Source of the DNA: Candidatus Coatesbacteria bacterium
GTDB lineage: Bacteria; RBG-13-66-14; B26-G2
Direction: 5' to 3'
Length of the DNA: 38,671 bases
NCBI GenBank assembly: GCA_003647715.1
Contig: QMNJ01000001.1
Location: forward strand, 1-38,671
Shown: piece after piece, positions 26,345 to 33,864 of the stretch
Layout: each line of letters opens with the position of its first letter
Numbering within the stretch: the first letter of the stretch is position 1
Made by a program: the position numbers and the translations under genes
Notes under the pieces: generated by a model
Seen by the model: only the letters and a program-made list of their open reading frames with translations
What the model was told of the DNA's origin: nothing
The model's database searches: none

Positions 26345-27123
26345 AAGAAAAGTATGGAGAGTAAGACCATTACAATGGCAGGTGATAAACTTAAACCGAT
26401 TATTAAAGAGGAATTAGTATTGGTTGTGGCAACAATCTTCATAGGGGTATAGTCCATTACACCGATAGAGAGAAGGTTGCCCATAATATAACCCCCAATG
26501 GCGCCTATGAGAAGGAGCGTTAAACCGACCCAGAAGGTTTTCTTCCTATTGTAATGCTCTTCTCCTAGAATCTGAGGGTATAGGAGATTCCATCGTCTTA
26601 TTCTCTTGAATATGAGTTTTACTATGATGGGTGCAAGAATGCAGGAGGCGATGGCATTATTGAAAGCAATGATGTTTGATAGTGCTGCAAATGGTGCCAG
26701 ACCAATGATATCTGCTCCCCAGCCGATTATCATCCCGCAGGTTATACTTGCAAGTATGGAAGAGAAGATAAGAAGGATTATCCTTCTGGTTCCAATATCT
26801 GAATCAAAACGCGGTGGTTTTACAATTTTGTAGGGAATATAGGCAAACATGAAGTTACCAATGAACCCAAACAGAGAACCCCAGCCAAGCATACCACCGA
26901 ATATATCGCCCACAAGATTTCCTATTGCTGAGCCCCAGGCGGCTGCTGGTCCAAAAACAAATGATAGTGCAATGGGAATAGAAACAGCGGGTCTTATCTC
27001 GGTCACGCCGGGGATGAGAACAAGTGCCTTGAATGGAATCATAAGACCTGCGTATAGTGCGGCTGTGGTTGCTGTTAGAACTACCATTCTGGTGTCTCGC
27101 CACATGTGTATTAATTCACGCAT
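26341..27123 (-). CDS. ECF transporter S-component-like membrane protein (QueT-like) with an extra C-terminal 2-TM extension
   Basis: TAALYAGLMIPFKALVLIPGVTEIRPAVSIPIALSFVFGPAAAWGSAIGNLVGDIFGG resembles QueT/ECF S components. ATGA overlap with the ATPase gene. I prefer the ATG at 27123, because the track start (TTG at 27201) would run through both intergenic promoters. Confidence 0.5.
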   Translation of the reverse strand: MRELIHMWRDTRMVVLTATTAALYAGLMIPFKALVLIPGVTEIRPAVSIPIALSFVFGPAAAWGSAIGNLVGDIFGGMLGWGSLFGFIGNFMFAYIPYKIVKPPRFDSDIGTRRIILLIFSSILASITCGMIIGWGADIIGLAPFAALSNIIAFNNAIASCILAPIIVKLIFKRIRRWNLLYPQILGEEHYNRKKTFWVGLTLLLIGAIGGYIMGNLLSIGVMDYTPMKIVATTNTNSSLIIGLSLSPAIVMVLLSILFL

Positions 27124-27180
27124 AATATTCGTTCTCGGTAAGGTGTTAATATGATAACAAATTGGCACAGGTTTTTGAAC

Positions 27181-27189
27181 ATTATAGCA
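27181..27189 (-). promoter_or_regulatory. Extended -10 element (TGCTATAAT) for the minus-strand ECF/glycosyltransferase operon
   Basis: The reverse complement of 27181-27189 reads TGCTATAAT, about 58 nt upstream of the ATG at 27123. No convincing -35 element. Confidence 0.3.
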
Positions 27190-27190
27190 G

Positions 27191-27220
27191 TTGACATACA
27201 ATGGATGTAGAAAGTATAAT
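27191..27220 (+). promoter_or_regulatory. Near-consensus sigma-70 promoter of tRNA-Lys
   Basis: TTGACA (27191-27196), an 18-nt spacer, then TATAAT (27215-27220). The tRNA 5' end lies 11 nt downstream of the -10. Confidence 0.7.
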
Positions 27221-27230
27221 AAGTTGTATA

Positions 27231-27303
27231 GAGCCGCTAGCTCAGTAGGTAGAGCAACGGCCTTTTAAGCCGTGGGTCGAAGGTTCGATTCCTTCGCGGC
27301 TCA
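27231..27303 (+). tRNA. tRNA-Lys (anticodon UUU)
   Basis: A perfect 73-nt cloverleaf folded by hand: acceptor GAGCCGC/GCGGCTC, D arm GCTC-AGTAGGTA-GAGC, anticodon arm ACGGC-CTTTTAA-GCCGT, variable loop GGGTC, T arm GAAGG-TTCGATT-CCTTC, discriminator A. CCA is not encoded. A T7 run follows. Confidence 0.96.
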
Positions 27304-27340
27304 TTTTTTTATTTTACATTCATTTGCTTTATTTTATCCT

Positions 27341-29029
27341 ATGTCTATCCCTATGGCAAAGGCAGTCGTAATCTATGTAAGAGGACTTGGACAGAACACT
27401 CTGAAGTGGGCACTCAAAAGAAAATTTCTTCCATATCTGAAGTCAACTATCAATGAAGGAACCATAAAGAGGGTAAAGCCATTTCTCCCTCTTGACCATT
27501 GGGTGAATGAGCTCTCCTTTTTGAGAGGTGATAACCCCGGTGTTTTCTCATACTCTGGTTATACCGGCTGGAACTGGGAAGAGATGAGACCTGAGAACTC
27601 CGGAATAGAAAGAATTGAGAGATTGTTCTTCAGAGATATTTTCTCTAACAGGGTGTATCCCATAGGAGATTTCAAGCATAGAATATTTACCATAGGTTTT
27701 GAGCAGACATTTACACCGAACTCAATGGGGATTAACTCTGTATCTATACCTCCAGTCAGGTTTTTAAATGGCTATGGAGAACCGGTTCTCTTTACCACTC
27801 AGGAGGAAGCGCTTGAAGTAAACGACACCGGCAAGGTTGTTCCCATAAAGGTGGCGGAGAATAGGGTTAAAACCGTTCTGGAAGGTATGATGGGGACAAA
27901 GTCGCATCTCTTATTTGAGGTTAGAGAGAACAATTTAATTATGTTAAGAACTGATAGGGATGAGGTTGAGGTCAGAAAGGGTGAGGTATCAAGACCTATT
28001 GAGATATTATTCAAAAACAGGTTGTTAAGAAGAATTAGAGGTTACTACCAATTTTATATCAGGTCAATAACCCCACACCTTATTGTAAGCGCCAGCCCCC
28101 TCTCTGTCCAACTTGAATCGCAGTTTGTTAAGCATACCAGACCAGGTGGTGTGTTCGCTAAGCTGGAAAGGGATGCAGGACCCATTATTCTTAGAAATCC
28201 ATATGCTATTCTTAATTCATTCATCAGTGGGTGGATAGACAGGAGAGCAATGTTAAGGTTATTAGAGTGGGATATAATGGGCTTGACTCAAATATTGATG
28301 AGGTCTACTTCTTGGAATAGCGAAGATGTGATAGTTGTTATGTTTCCCCATCTGGATATCGCCTATCACTGTATGGGGGGGGATGGTATATTATGGGCTG
28401 TTAGGGAGTTGGACTGGATTATTGGGTGGTTAAACCATATCTATGGAATAAGACCATTTGTGGTGGGAGATTTTTCTATGTCTAGGGTTAGGAAAGTGGT
28501 TGACCTTAACAGATATTTTTTGTCCCGTGGTATTATCAATCTAAAGAATATAGATAGAGTTCCTTATTCTGGCATTCATAATTTCTGGGATGATGTTGAT
28601 TGGGATAACACAATTGCGTTCTCACTTGGTGGTGGTAGGGTTTTCGTAAATAGGAAGAATTCTCAATTTAAAGATGGTGCAATAAAGAGAGAGATGGAGG
28701 ATAAGATTATTAGTGTAGTTAATGGATTGAATAGAATCTATGGAGGAGGGGTGAAGAGGGTAGTGAGAAAGTATGAGATATATTCAGGGGAACTCTTTCA
28801 CGAGATGCCAGATTTACTGGTATGCTTTGGTGGTGGTCTATTTAATGGTTATATGGATTTCACCGATTTGAATAACAGAATATTCAATGAGAAAGATGCA
28901 GTACAGTATGAACACTTATCGCAGGATAATGAGAGAAATGATGGTGTAATGCTCTCACCTGTGAAGACATCTAAGGATGCTATTTCAATAGATAGAGTAA
29001 TGGAAGATATAATGTCATTATTGGAATAA
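27341..29029 (+). CDS. Alkaline-phosphatase-superfamily (type I phosphodiesterase/nucleotide pyrophosphatase-like) protein, probably catalytically inactive
   Basis: Colinear by eye with the roughly 500-aa bacterial/archaeal AlkP-family proteins. VVIYVRGLGQNTLKWALKRKFLPYLKSTINEG matches ViviGlDG....l...g.lPnLk.l...G. VDWDNTIAFSLGGGRVFVNRK, VVRKYEIYSGELFHEMPDLLV and the C-terminal NDGVMLS...ISIDRVMEDIMSLL also fit. Start moved to the ATG at 27341, because the track ORF starts at a GTG inside the tRNA. No obvious SD. Confidence 0.45.
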   Translation: MSIPMAKAVVIYVRGLGQNTLKWALKRKFLPYLKSTINEGTIKRVKPFLPLDHWVNELSFLRGDNPGVFSYSGYTGWNWEEMRPENSGIERIERLFFRDIFSNRVYPIGDFKHRIFTIGFEQTFTPNSMGINSVSIPPVRFLNGYGEPVLFTTQEEALEVNDTGKVVPIKVAENRVKTVLEGMMGTKSHLLFEVRENNLIMLRTDRDEVEVRKGEVSRPIEILFKNRLLRRIRGYYQFYIRSITPHLIVSASPLSVQLESQFVKHTRPGGVFAKLERDAGPIILRNPYAILNSFISGWIDRRAMLRLLEWDIMGLTQILMRSTSWNSEDVIVVMFPHLDIAYHCMGGDGILWAVRELDWIIGWLNHIYGIRPFVVGDFSMSRVRKVVDLNRYFLSRGIINLKNIDRVPYSGIHNFWDDVDWDNTIAFSLGGGRVFVNRKNSQFKDGAIKREMEDKIISVVNGLNRIYGGGVKRVVRKYEIYSGELFHEMPDLLVCFGGGLFNGYMDFTDLNNRIFNEKDAVQYEHLSQDNERNDGVMLSPVKTSKDAISIDRVMEDIMSLLE

Positions 29030-29135
29030 TGACTATGAGGTAAAAAGAAATTGAGGGTATTGTATTCAATTATTTAAACAATATTGATTATGTATTCCAG
29101 AATTTTAGGTATTCATTACATATATTCTTTAATAC

Positions 29136-29164
29136 TTGACTTAATATAAAAATGCATTTAGAAT
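29136..29164 (+). promoter_or_regulatory. Sigma-70-type promoter for the TPR-Roadblock-efp-acc operon
   Basis: TTGACT (29136-29141), a 17-nt spacer, then TAGAAT (29159-29164). AGAGGT SD at 29191-29196 lies 8 nt before the TTG start at 29205. Confidence 0.6.
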
Positions 29165-29204
29165 ATTACAGTTAATAAGGATATTTGGTCAGAGGTAGAA
29201 GAAT

Positions 29205-30281
29205 TTGACTGAAAGAGATGAAAAAATCCTTAAGATGGTAGAGTTCTATAGAGGTCTTTTGATGGAAGACCCCACTCTACCTATCTTTGTCAAACTTGCA
29301 GGTGCATTACTTGATTTGAATAGAGTTAATGAAGCAAAGGAGGTAGTGAAAGGGGGTATTGAGCACAACCAAAAACTCCCGGAGGGTTATATATTGCTTT
29401 CAAGAATTCAGAGGATACAGGGTGAACTTAAGAATGCCAGTGAGAGTATAAATCGGGCTCTTCAATTAGACCCCTTTAATGTAGAAGCACTGATGGAAGA
29501 GGCGTTGTTGATGATGGATTTTGGGGATGCGGAGAAAGCGATAGCATCTCTGGAGAAGGCGCTTGATATTGAACCGGAGGATATGGAGATAAAGCGATTA
29601 AGAGCAACAATAAGAGCAAAGACCAGATTTGAGGAGATGAAGAAATATGTTGGCACCAGGAGGGGTCGGGAAATTCCAGAGGAAGAGTTGGTTGAGACCA
29701 CTGAAGAGGCAAAGACAGCCACACCATCACTTGCGGAGTTGTATCTCAAGCAGGGTTATCTGAAGAAGGCGAGAGATATATGCAAAACAATTCTAGCAAG
29801 ACAGCCAGAGAACGAAAGGGTTGTCAGGATTATGGCGCAGATAGAACAGATTGAATCTGCCAGAGATAAGATGCATGGTGAGTTTGAGTTTGAGATTGCT
29901 CCCGTTCCGACACTTACTTCGGGGGAGAGGGGTGAGTATGAGTTCAAATTAAGCGATGAGATTGACAAGGCATTCAGGGACCTTGAACTAGAAGATGTTG
30001 TCATTGAGGAACCTATACCTCCCGATAGGTTTATTGGATTTGATTTTGACCAGTTTTATATCAGGGAGGGGGAAGAGGAGGGTAAACCACCCCCTTTTGA
30101 GGGGCGAGTAGAACTTATGGGACCTGGAGCAGTAAAGCCAGAGTCCCACCTTGGGAAGAAAGAATTGGCAGGTGCGCCGGAGCTTGAATTGCCTGAGAGT
30201 ATTGATATATCAGACCTTGACGAAGAGGTGGATGATATATCAAAATTCCAGGATTGGCTTGATAAGTTGATTTCAGAGTAG
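29205..30281 (+). CDS. TPR-repeat protein with an acidic C-terminal tail
   Basis: TPR-like helices (EAKEVVKGGIEHNQKLPEGYILLSRIQRIQGELKNASESINRALQLDPFNVEAL; TPSLAELYLKQGYLKKARDICKTILARQPEN). The C-terminal third is E/D/P-rich and low in complexity. TTG start with a good SD. Confidence 0.7.
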   Translation: MTERDEKILKMVEFYRGLLMEDPTLPIFVKLAGALLDLNRVNEAKEVVKGGIEHNQKLPEGYILLSRIQRIQGELKNASESINRALQLDPFNVEALMEEALLMMDFGDAEKAIASLEKALDIEPEDMEIKRLRATIRAKTRFEEMKKYVGTRRGREIPEEELVETTEEAKTATPSLAELYLKQGYLKKARDICKTILARQPENERVVRIMAQIEQIESARDKMHGEFEFEIAPVPTLTSGERGEYEFKLSDEIDKAFRDLELEDVVIEEPIPPDRFIGFDFDQFYIREGEEEGKPPPFEGRVELMGPGAVKPESHLGKKELAGAPELELPESIDISDLDEEVDDISKFQDWLDKLISE

Positions 30282-30287
30282 GTGTAT

Positions 30288-30644
30288 ATGGATTTCAGAG
30301 GGATACTGCTTGAGATGATACATAATGTAGAGGGTTCAATAGCATCAAGTTTTTGTGGAATTGATGGTATAGGAGTTGAGACAGTAGTTCTGGATAAAGA
30401 TATAGATGCAAATGAAGCTGAAGTAGAGATTTCAACAATGTTGAAGGTTATTGGAGAGATAGCTAATAATCTGCAAGCGGGAAATATCAGGTCGTTCATA
30501 TTTGAAGCAGAGAAATTCAATGGTTTATTGGAGAAATGCGGTAATGACTACTTTATATGTATATTGTTGAAGCCAGAATCAAATATTGGTAAGGCAAGAT
30601 ATGTATTGAGGAAATACGCAAAGATGATAGAGAAAGAGATATAG
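30288..30644 (+). CDS. Roadblock/LC7 (MglB-like) domain protein
   Basis: VEGSIASSFCGIDGIGVETV and YFICILLKPESNIGKARYVLRKYAKMIE fit the Robl_LC7 pattern. ATG at 30288 with AGGTG just upstream. An alternative GTG at 30282 lies immediately after the TPR stop. Confidence 0.7.
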   Translation: MDFRGILLEMIHNVEGSIASSFCGIDGIGVETVVLDKDIDANEAEVEISTMLKVIGEIANNLQAGNIRSFIFEAEKFNGLLEKCGNDYFICILLKPESNIGKARYVLRKYAKMIEKEI

Positions 30645-30682
30645 TTTCTTAAAACCGGATGGTGTATTCTTAGAAATGAATT

Positions 30683-31033
30683 ATGGTGTTGAATGAGATA
30701 TTAGTCAAGTTGGTAGAAGAGGGACCCTTGAAGAAAGTTATTTTGGTTGACTATGATGGCTTTCTCATAGAGAAGGTAGGTGTTGAGGATAAAGAAGATG
30801 ATTTAGTAGCAGCAATAGTGAGAGACCTTCTAGAAAAGATTAAGAAAATAACCAGGTCATCATCTAATTCATTACCAATACAAGGTATATTTGAGACCAC
30901 CTCTGGATTGGTTGCCTTCTCTTTCTTCCCAAACAATCTGGCTTTATTTGGTGTATCAAAGGATGGTGTTAAGATAAGGGATGTGTGGAACTCACTATCA
31001 AAGATGTATAAAACAATAGCAGAGGCATTGTGA
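30683..31033 (+). CDS. Roadblock/LC7 (MglB-like) domain protein, second copy
   Basis: LKKVILVDYDGFLIEKVG, an internal helix DLVAAIVRDLLEKIKKI and NLALFGVSKDGVKIRDVWNSLSKMYKTI fit the Robl_LC7 pattern. Confidence 0.65.
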   Translation: MVLNEILVKLVEEGPLKKVILVDYDGFLIEKVGVEDKEDDLVAAIVRDLLEKIKKITRSSSNSLPIQGIFETTSGLVAFSFFPNNLALFGVSKDGVKIRDVWNSLSKMYKTIAEAL

Positions 31034-31045
31034 TTCAAGGATTAT

Positions 31046-31612
31046 ATGATTTCTTCAAATGATATACGGTCAGGAATGGTTATTGAGCTGAATGGAACTC
31101 TGTTTGAAGTGGTATTCGCAGAGCATTGCAAGCCGGGTAAGGGTTCTGCATTTGTGAGAACACAGTTGAGGAATCTTGACACGGGTGCAATAATTGACCA
31201 TAAGTTCAGAGCCGGTGAGAAGTTGGAACTGGTCAAACTGGAGGAAAGAAGAGCACAATTTCTATATAGTGAAGGAGAGAACTACTATTTTATGGATGAA
31301 GAGACATTTGAGCAGGTATTGGTAAAGGTAAATCAGCTGGGAGATGGCATCAAATTCTTAAGCACTGATGCAGTATTTATAATAGTATATAGAGATAAAA
31401 CCCCTTTGATGGCTAAACCGCCAATATTCATAAATCTCAGGGTTGAAAAGGCAGAACCAGGCGTTAAAGGTGATACACAATCAGGTGCAACAAAACCAGT
31501 TGTTATGGAGACCGGCTATACTTTGCAGGTTCCTTTATTTATTGAAGAGGGTGACATACTGAAGATAGACACAAGGACAGGGGAATATGTAGAAAGGGTT
31601 AAGGATAGTTGA
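31046..31612 (+). CDS. efp: Translation elongation factor P
   Basis: MISSNDIRSGMVIELNGTLFEVVFAEHCKPGKGSAFVRTQLRNL, with the conserved KPGKG loop. 188 aa. Confidence 0.97.
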   Translation: MISSNDIRSGMVIELNGTLFEVVFAEHCKPGKGSAFVRTQLRNLDTGAIIDHKFRAGEKLELVKLEERRAQFLYSEGENYYFMDEETFEQVLVKVNQLGDGIKFLSTDAVFIIVYRDKTPLMAKPPIFINLRVEKAEPGVKGDTQSGATKPVVMETGYTLQVPLFIEEGDILKIDTRTGEYVERVKDS

Positions 31613-31641
31613 TATAATTACCATGATTAAGGAGTAGTAAG

Positions 31642-32163
31642 GTGAACATAAAAAAGATAAAGGAATTGATGGATAAGTTGGAACAGACAGACCTTGCTGA
31701 GATTGAAATATCAGGTATATTCAGCAAGGTTGTGATAAGAAAAACTACATCCGGCGCTGTTACCTCTTTCTCTACATTCCAACCTGTTTATCAACCTCCT
31801 TCCTTGCCACAGGGGGAGCAACAGGACTTAGCCAGTGGAGTTTCAAAGCAGGTGCTGGAGAAAAATTTGACAGAGCCGACCATAGAAGTTGAAAAGGCAA
31901 AAGAAGAGGAGAAGGTGGAGAATATCGCTCATATAACTTCACCTATGGTAGGCACCTTTTATCGTGCTCCTGCTCCAGGTGCAGAACCATATGTAAAAGA
32001 AGGCGATAGAGTTACAAAAGGAACTATCGTATGTATCATTGAGGCAATGAAATTGATGAACGAGATTGAGAGCGAACAAAACGGAATAATAAAAGAGATA
32101 CATGTGGAGAACGCAAAGCCGGTTGAATATGGTCAGATTCTATTTACAATTCAGCTAGATTAA
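31642..32163 (+). CDS. accB: Acetyl-CoA carboxylase biotin carboxyl carrier protein
   Basis: [21 protein letters not shown] and the biotinyl-lysine motif [16 protein letters not shown] start with AAGGAG SD 7 nt upstream. Confidence 0.95.
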   Translation: MNIKKIKELMDKLEQTDLAEIEISGIFSKVVIRKTTSGAVTSFSTFQPVYQPPSLPQGEQQDLASGVSKQVLEKNLTEPTIEVEKAKEEEKVENIAHITSPMVGTFYRAPAPGAEPYVKEGDRVTKGTIVCIIEAMKLMNEIESEQNGIIKEIHVENAKPVEYGQILFTIQLD

Positions 32164-32200
32164 TATTCCATAAAGAATATGATAATTTTAACATCACCCG

Positions 32201-33847
32201 TTGAATATTGACATGTTCGGACTGCTTACCAGAGCATTGTTGGTTCTTGTCCTGCTATTTGGTGTTCTATTCGCAGTGGTAATGGCACTTGGTTACTACT
32301 TAGAGTGGAGCACTATGACCATTGTCTTAATTACTGTTGGAATTGTTGCCCTTCAGTATCTTCTTGGACCTTTCATTATACAGACCGTATATAGAATAAG
32401 ATGGATTAATTTGGATGAGTTGCCGATGGAGGTGAGGAATTTTATCGTATCATCTTGCCAGAAAGATAGAATAAAACTACCCAGAATCGGTATAATTGAT
32501 GATGGCAATCCCAATGCCTTCACCTTCGGTCATTATCCATCCAATGCGAGATTAGTTTTGACCAGAGGTCTGCTTGAAAGATTAAATACCGATGAGGTCA
32601 ATGCAGTTGTGGGACATGAATTGGGTCACATCGTCCATTGGGATTTTGTGGTGATGACCCTGGCGTCAGTGGTTCCACTCTTCTTCTACATCATATTCAT
32701 AACGATGTTATGGTCTAGAGGTGGAAACAGGAGAAGTCGTGGAGGGACTATAATTGTGGGGCTTGCATCTTTTCTTCTTTATATTATAACTCAATATGTT
32801 GTGCTTCTGCTCTCAAGGATTAGAGAATATTATGCCGATGAACACTCGGCAGAGTTGACCCAGAATCCCAACCTGCTCGCCTCATCACTGGTCAAGATAG
32901 CATATGGTCTGGCTGAGAAAAAACGGGAGACCGAGGAGAGTGTTATTTTCAGCAGAAAATTAAATGCTATAAAGTCGTTAGGTATATTTGACCCTTCAAG
33001 TGCAAGGAACCTCGCAGTTGCCAGTGCAGGCACAGAAGGTTTTACACTGGAGAATATGGGGAATGCAATGAAGTGGGACCTGTGCAATCCCTGGGCTTCT
33101 ATGTTTGAATTGAGGTCAACTCACCCACTTCCAGCGAAGAGAATAAAGCGACTTGGGAATATGTCAAAGAGAATGGGCAAAGCGCCATTGTATGACTTTG
33201 TTACACAGAAGCAGGAGTCATTCTTTGGCGAATTTATGGTTGATGTAATGGTAAAGTATGCACCCTTTATAACATTCGTCATTATATTCATCGCATCCGT
33301 TATCTTTATCCCCTATTACTATGTAATAGACACAATCCCCCTTATCGCATTCTCTCTCGGTAATGCTCTTGCGGTAGCGATGATATTCTCCCTGCTGAAG
33401 ACGAGATTCAAATATCCAGTGCGTGGTTTCCCTGAGAGGAAGATAGAAGACCTTCTCGGTGAGGTCAAGGTCTCGGGAATGAGGCCGGTTCCTGCAACAT
33501 TGAAGGGAGAGATTATTGGAAGGGGTATTCCAGGTCTGTTCTTAAGCGAGGATATGGTTCTTGAGGACGAGACCGGTTTTATAGTAATAGATTACAAACA
33601 GCCATTGTCTATTGCCAATATGCTCTTTGGTCTGGTTGTCACTGAGAGGATGATTGGAAGGAGTGTAGTTGCTGAGGGCTGGTATAGGCGTGCACCTACT
33701 CCTCACCTTGAGATGTATCACCTCAGGTCCGATGGCGATGTGTGGAAAGGATACACTCGTATGGTAAGGATTATCCTTGCTATTATTGGTTTGATTACTG
33801 GTATAGCAATATCGGGTTATATATTTATCCATATGAATGTTTTCTAA
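32201..33847 (+). CDS. M48-family (HtpX-like) zinc metalloprotease with a long C-terminal membrane plus beta-rich extension
   Basis: [10 protein letters not shown] zinc motif, downstream [11 protein letters not shown]-terminal TM pair, additional TM helices around aa 330-400 and a terminal TM. The start is either the TTG at 32201 or the ATG at 32213. Confidence 0.85.
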   Translation: MNIDMFGLLTRALLVLVLLFGVLFAVVMALGYYLEWSTMTIVLITVGIVALQYLLGPFIIQTVYRIRWINLDELPMEVRNFIVSSCQKDRIKLPRIGIIDDGNPNAFTFGHYPSNARLVLTRGLLERLNTDEVNAVVGHELGHIVHWDFVVMTLASVVPLFFYIIFITMLWSRGGNRRSRGGTIIVGLASFLLYIITQYVVLLLSRIREYYADEHSAELTQNPNLLASSLVKIAYGLAEKKRETEESVIFSRKLNAIKSLGIFDPSSARNLAVASAGTEGFTLENMGNAMKWDLCNPWASMFELRSTHPLPAKRIKRLGNMSKRMGKAPLYDFVTQKQESFFGEFMVDVMVKYAPFITFVIIFIASVIFIPYYYVIDTIPLIAFSLGNALAVAMIFSLLKTRFKYPVRGFPERKIEDLLGEVKVSGMRPVPATLKGEIIGRGIPGLFLSEDMVLEDETGFIVIDYKQPLSIANMLFGLVVTERMIGRSVVAEGWYRRAPTPHLEMYHLRSDGDVWKGYTRMVRIILAIIGLITGIAISGYIFIHMNVF

Positions 33848-33864
33848 ATGATACATTTGGCAGG

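Noticed and set aside
27163-27178. Sigma-54-like element TGGCACAGGTTTTTGA on the plus strand (TGGCACAG is identical to the -24 half of classic glnAp2-type promoters), tempting because rpoN is in the window.
   Set aside because: The conserved -12 GC dinucleotide is missing at the required spacing (TG/GA instead). The element points at a tRNA gene that already has a near-consensus sigma-70 promoter, and no enhancer-binding protein gene is nearby.
27124-27180. Possible preQ1 riboswitch in the leader of the QueT-like gene.
   Set aside because: Reading the minus-strand leader (GTTCAAAAACCTGTGCCAATTTGTTATCATATTAACACCTTACCGAGAACGAATATT), I could not fold the short P1 hairpin plus A-rich tail characteristic of preQ1-I, or any other obvious conserved structure. 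It needs a covariance-model scan (Rfam) to settle.
27272-27340. The track ORF start at 27272 (GTG; MGRRFDSFAAHFF..) for the 585-aa protein.
   Set aside because: These codons lie inside the variable loop, T arm and acceptor stem of tRNA-Lys. The real CDS must begin downstream, so I used the ATG at 27341.
27231-29204. A genomic island integrated at tRNA-Lys.
   Set aside because: There is no integrase, recombinase or transposase, and I could not find a direct repeat of the tRNA 3' end downstream. The flanking genes look like ordinary chromosomal genes.
33742-33864. A 41-aa N-terminal extension of accC implied by the track ORF start.
   Set aside because: It overlaps the 3' end of the M48 gene in another frame and has an odd aromatic-rich composition. 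The canonical biotin carboxylase N-terminus ([14 protein letters not shown]) begins at the ATG at 33865/33868.
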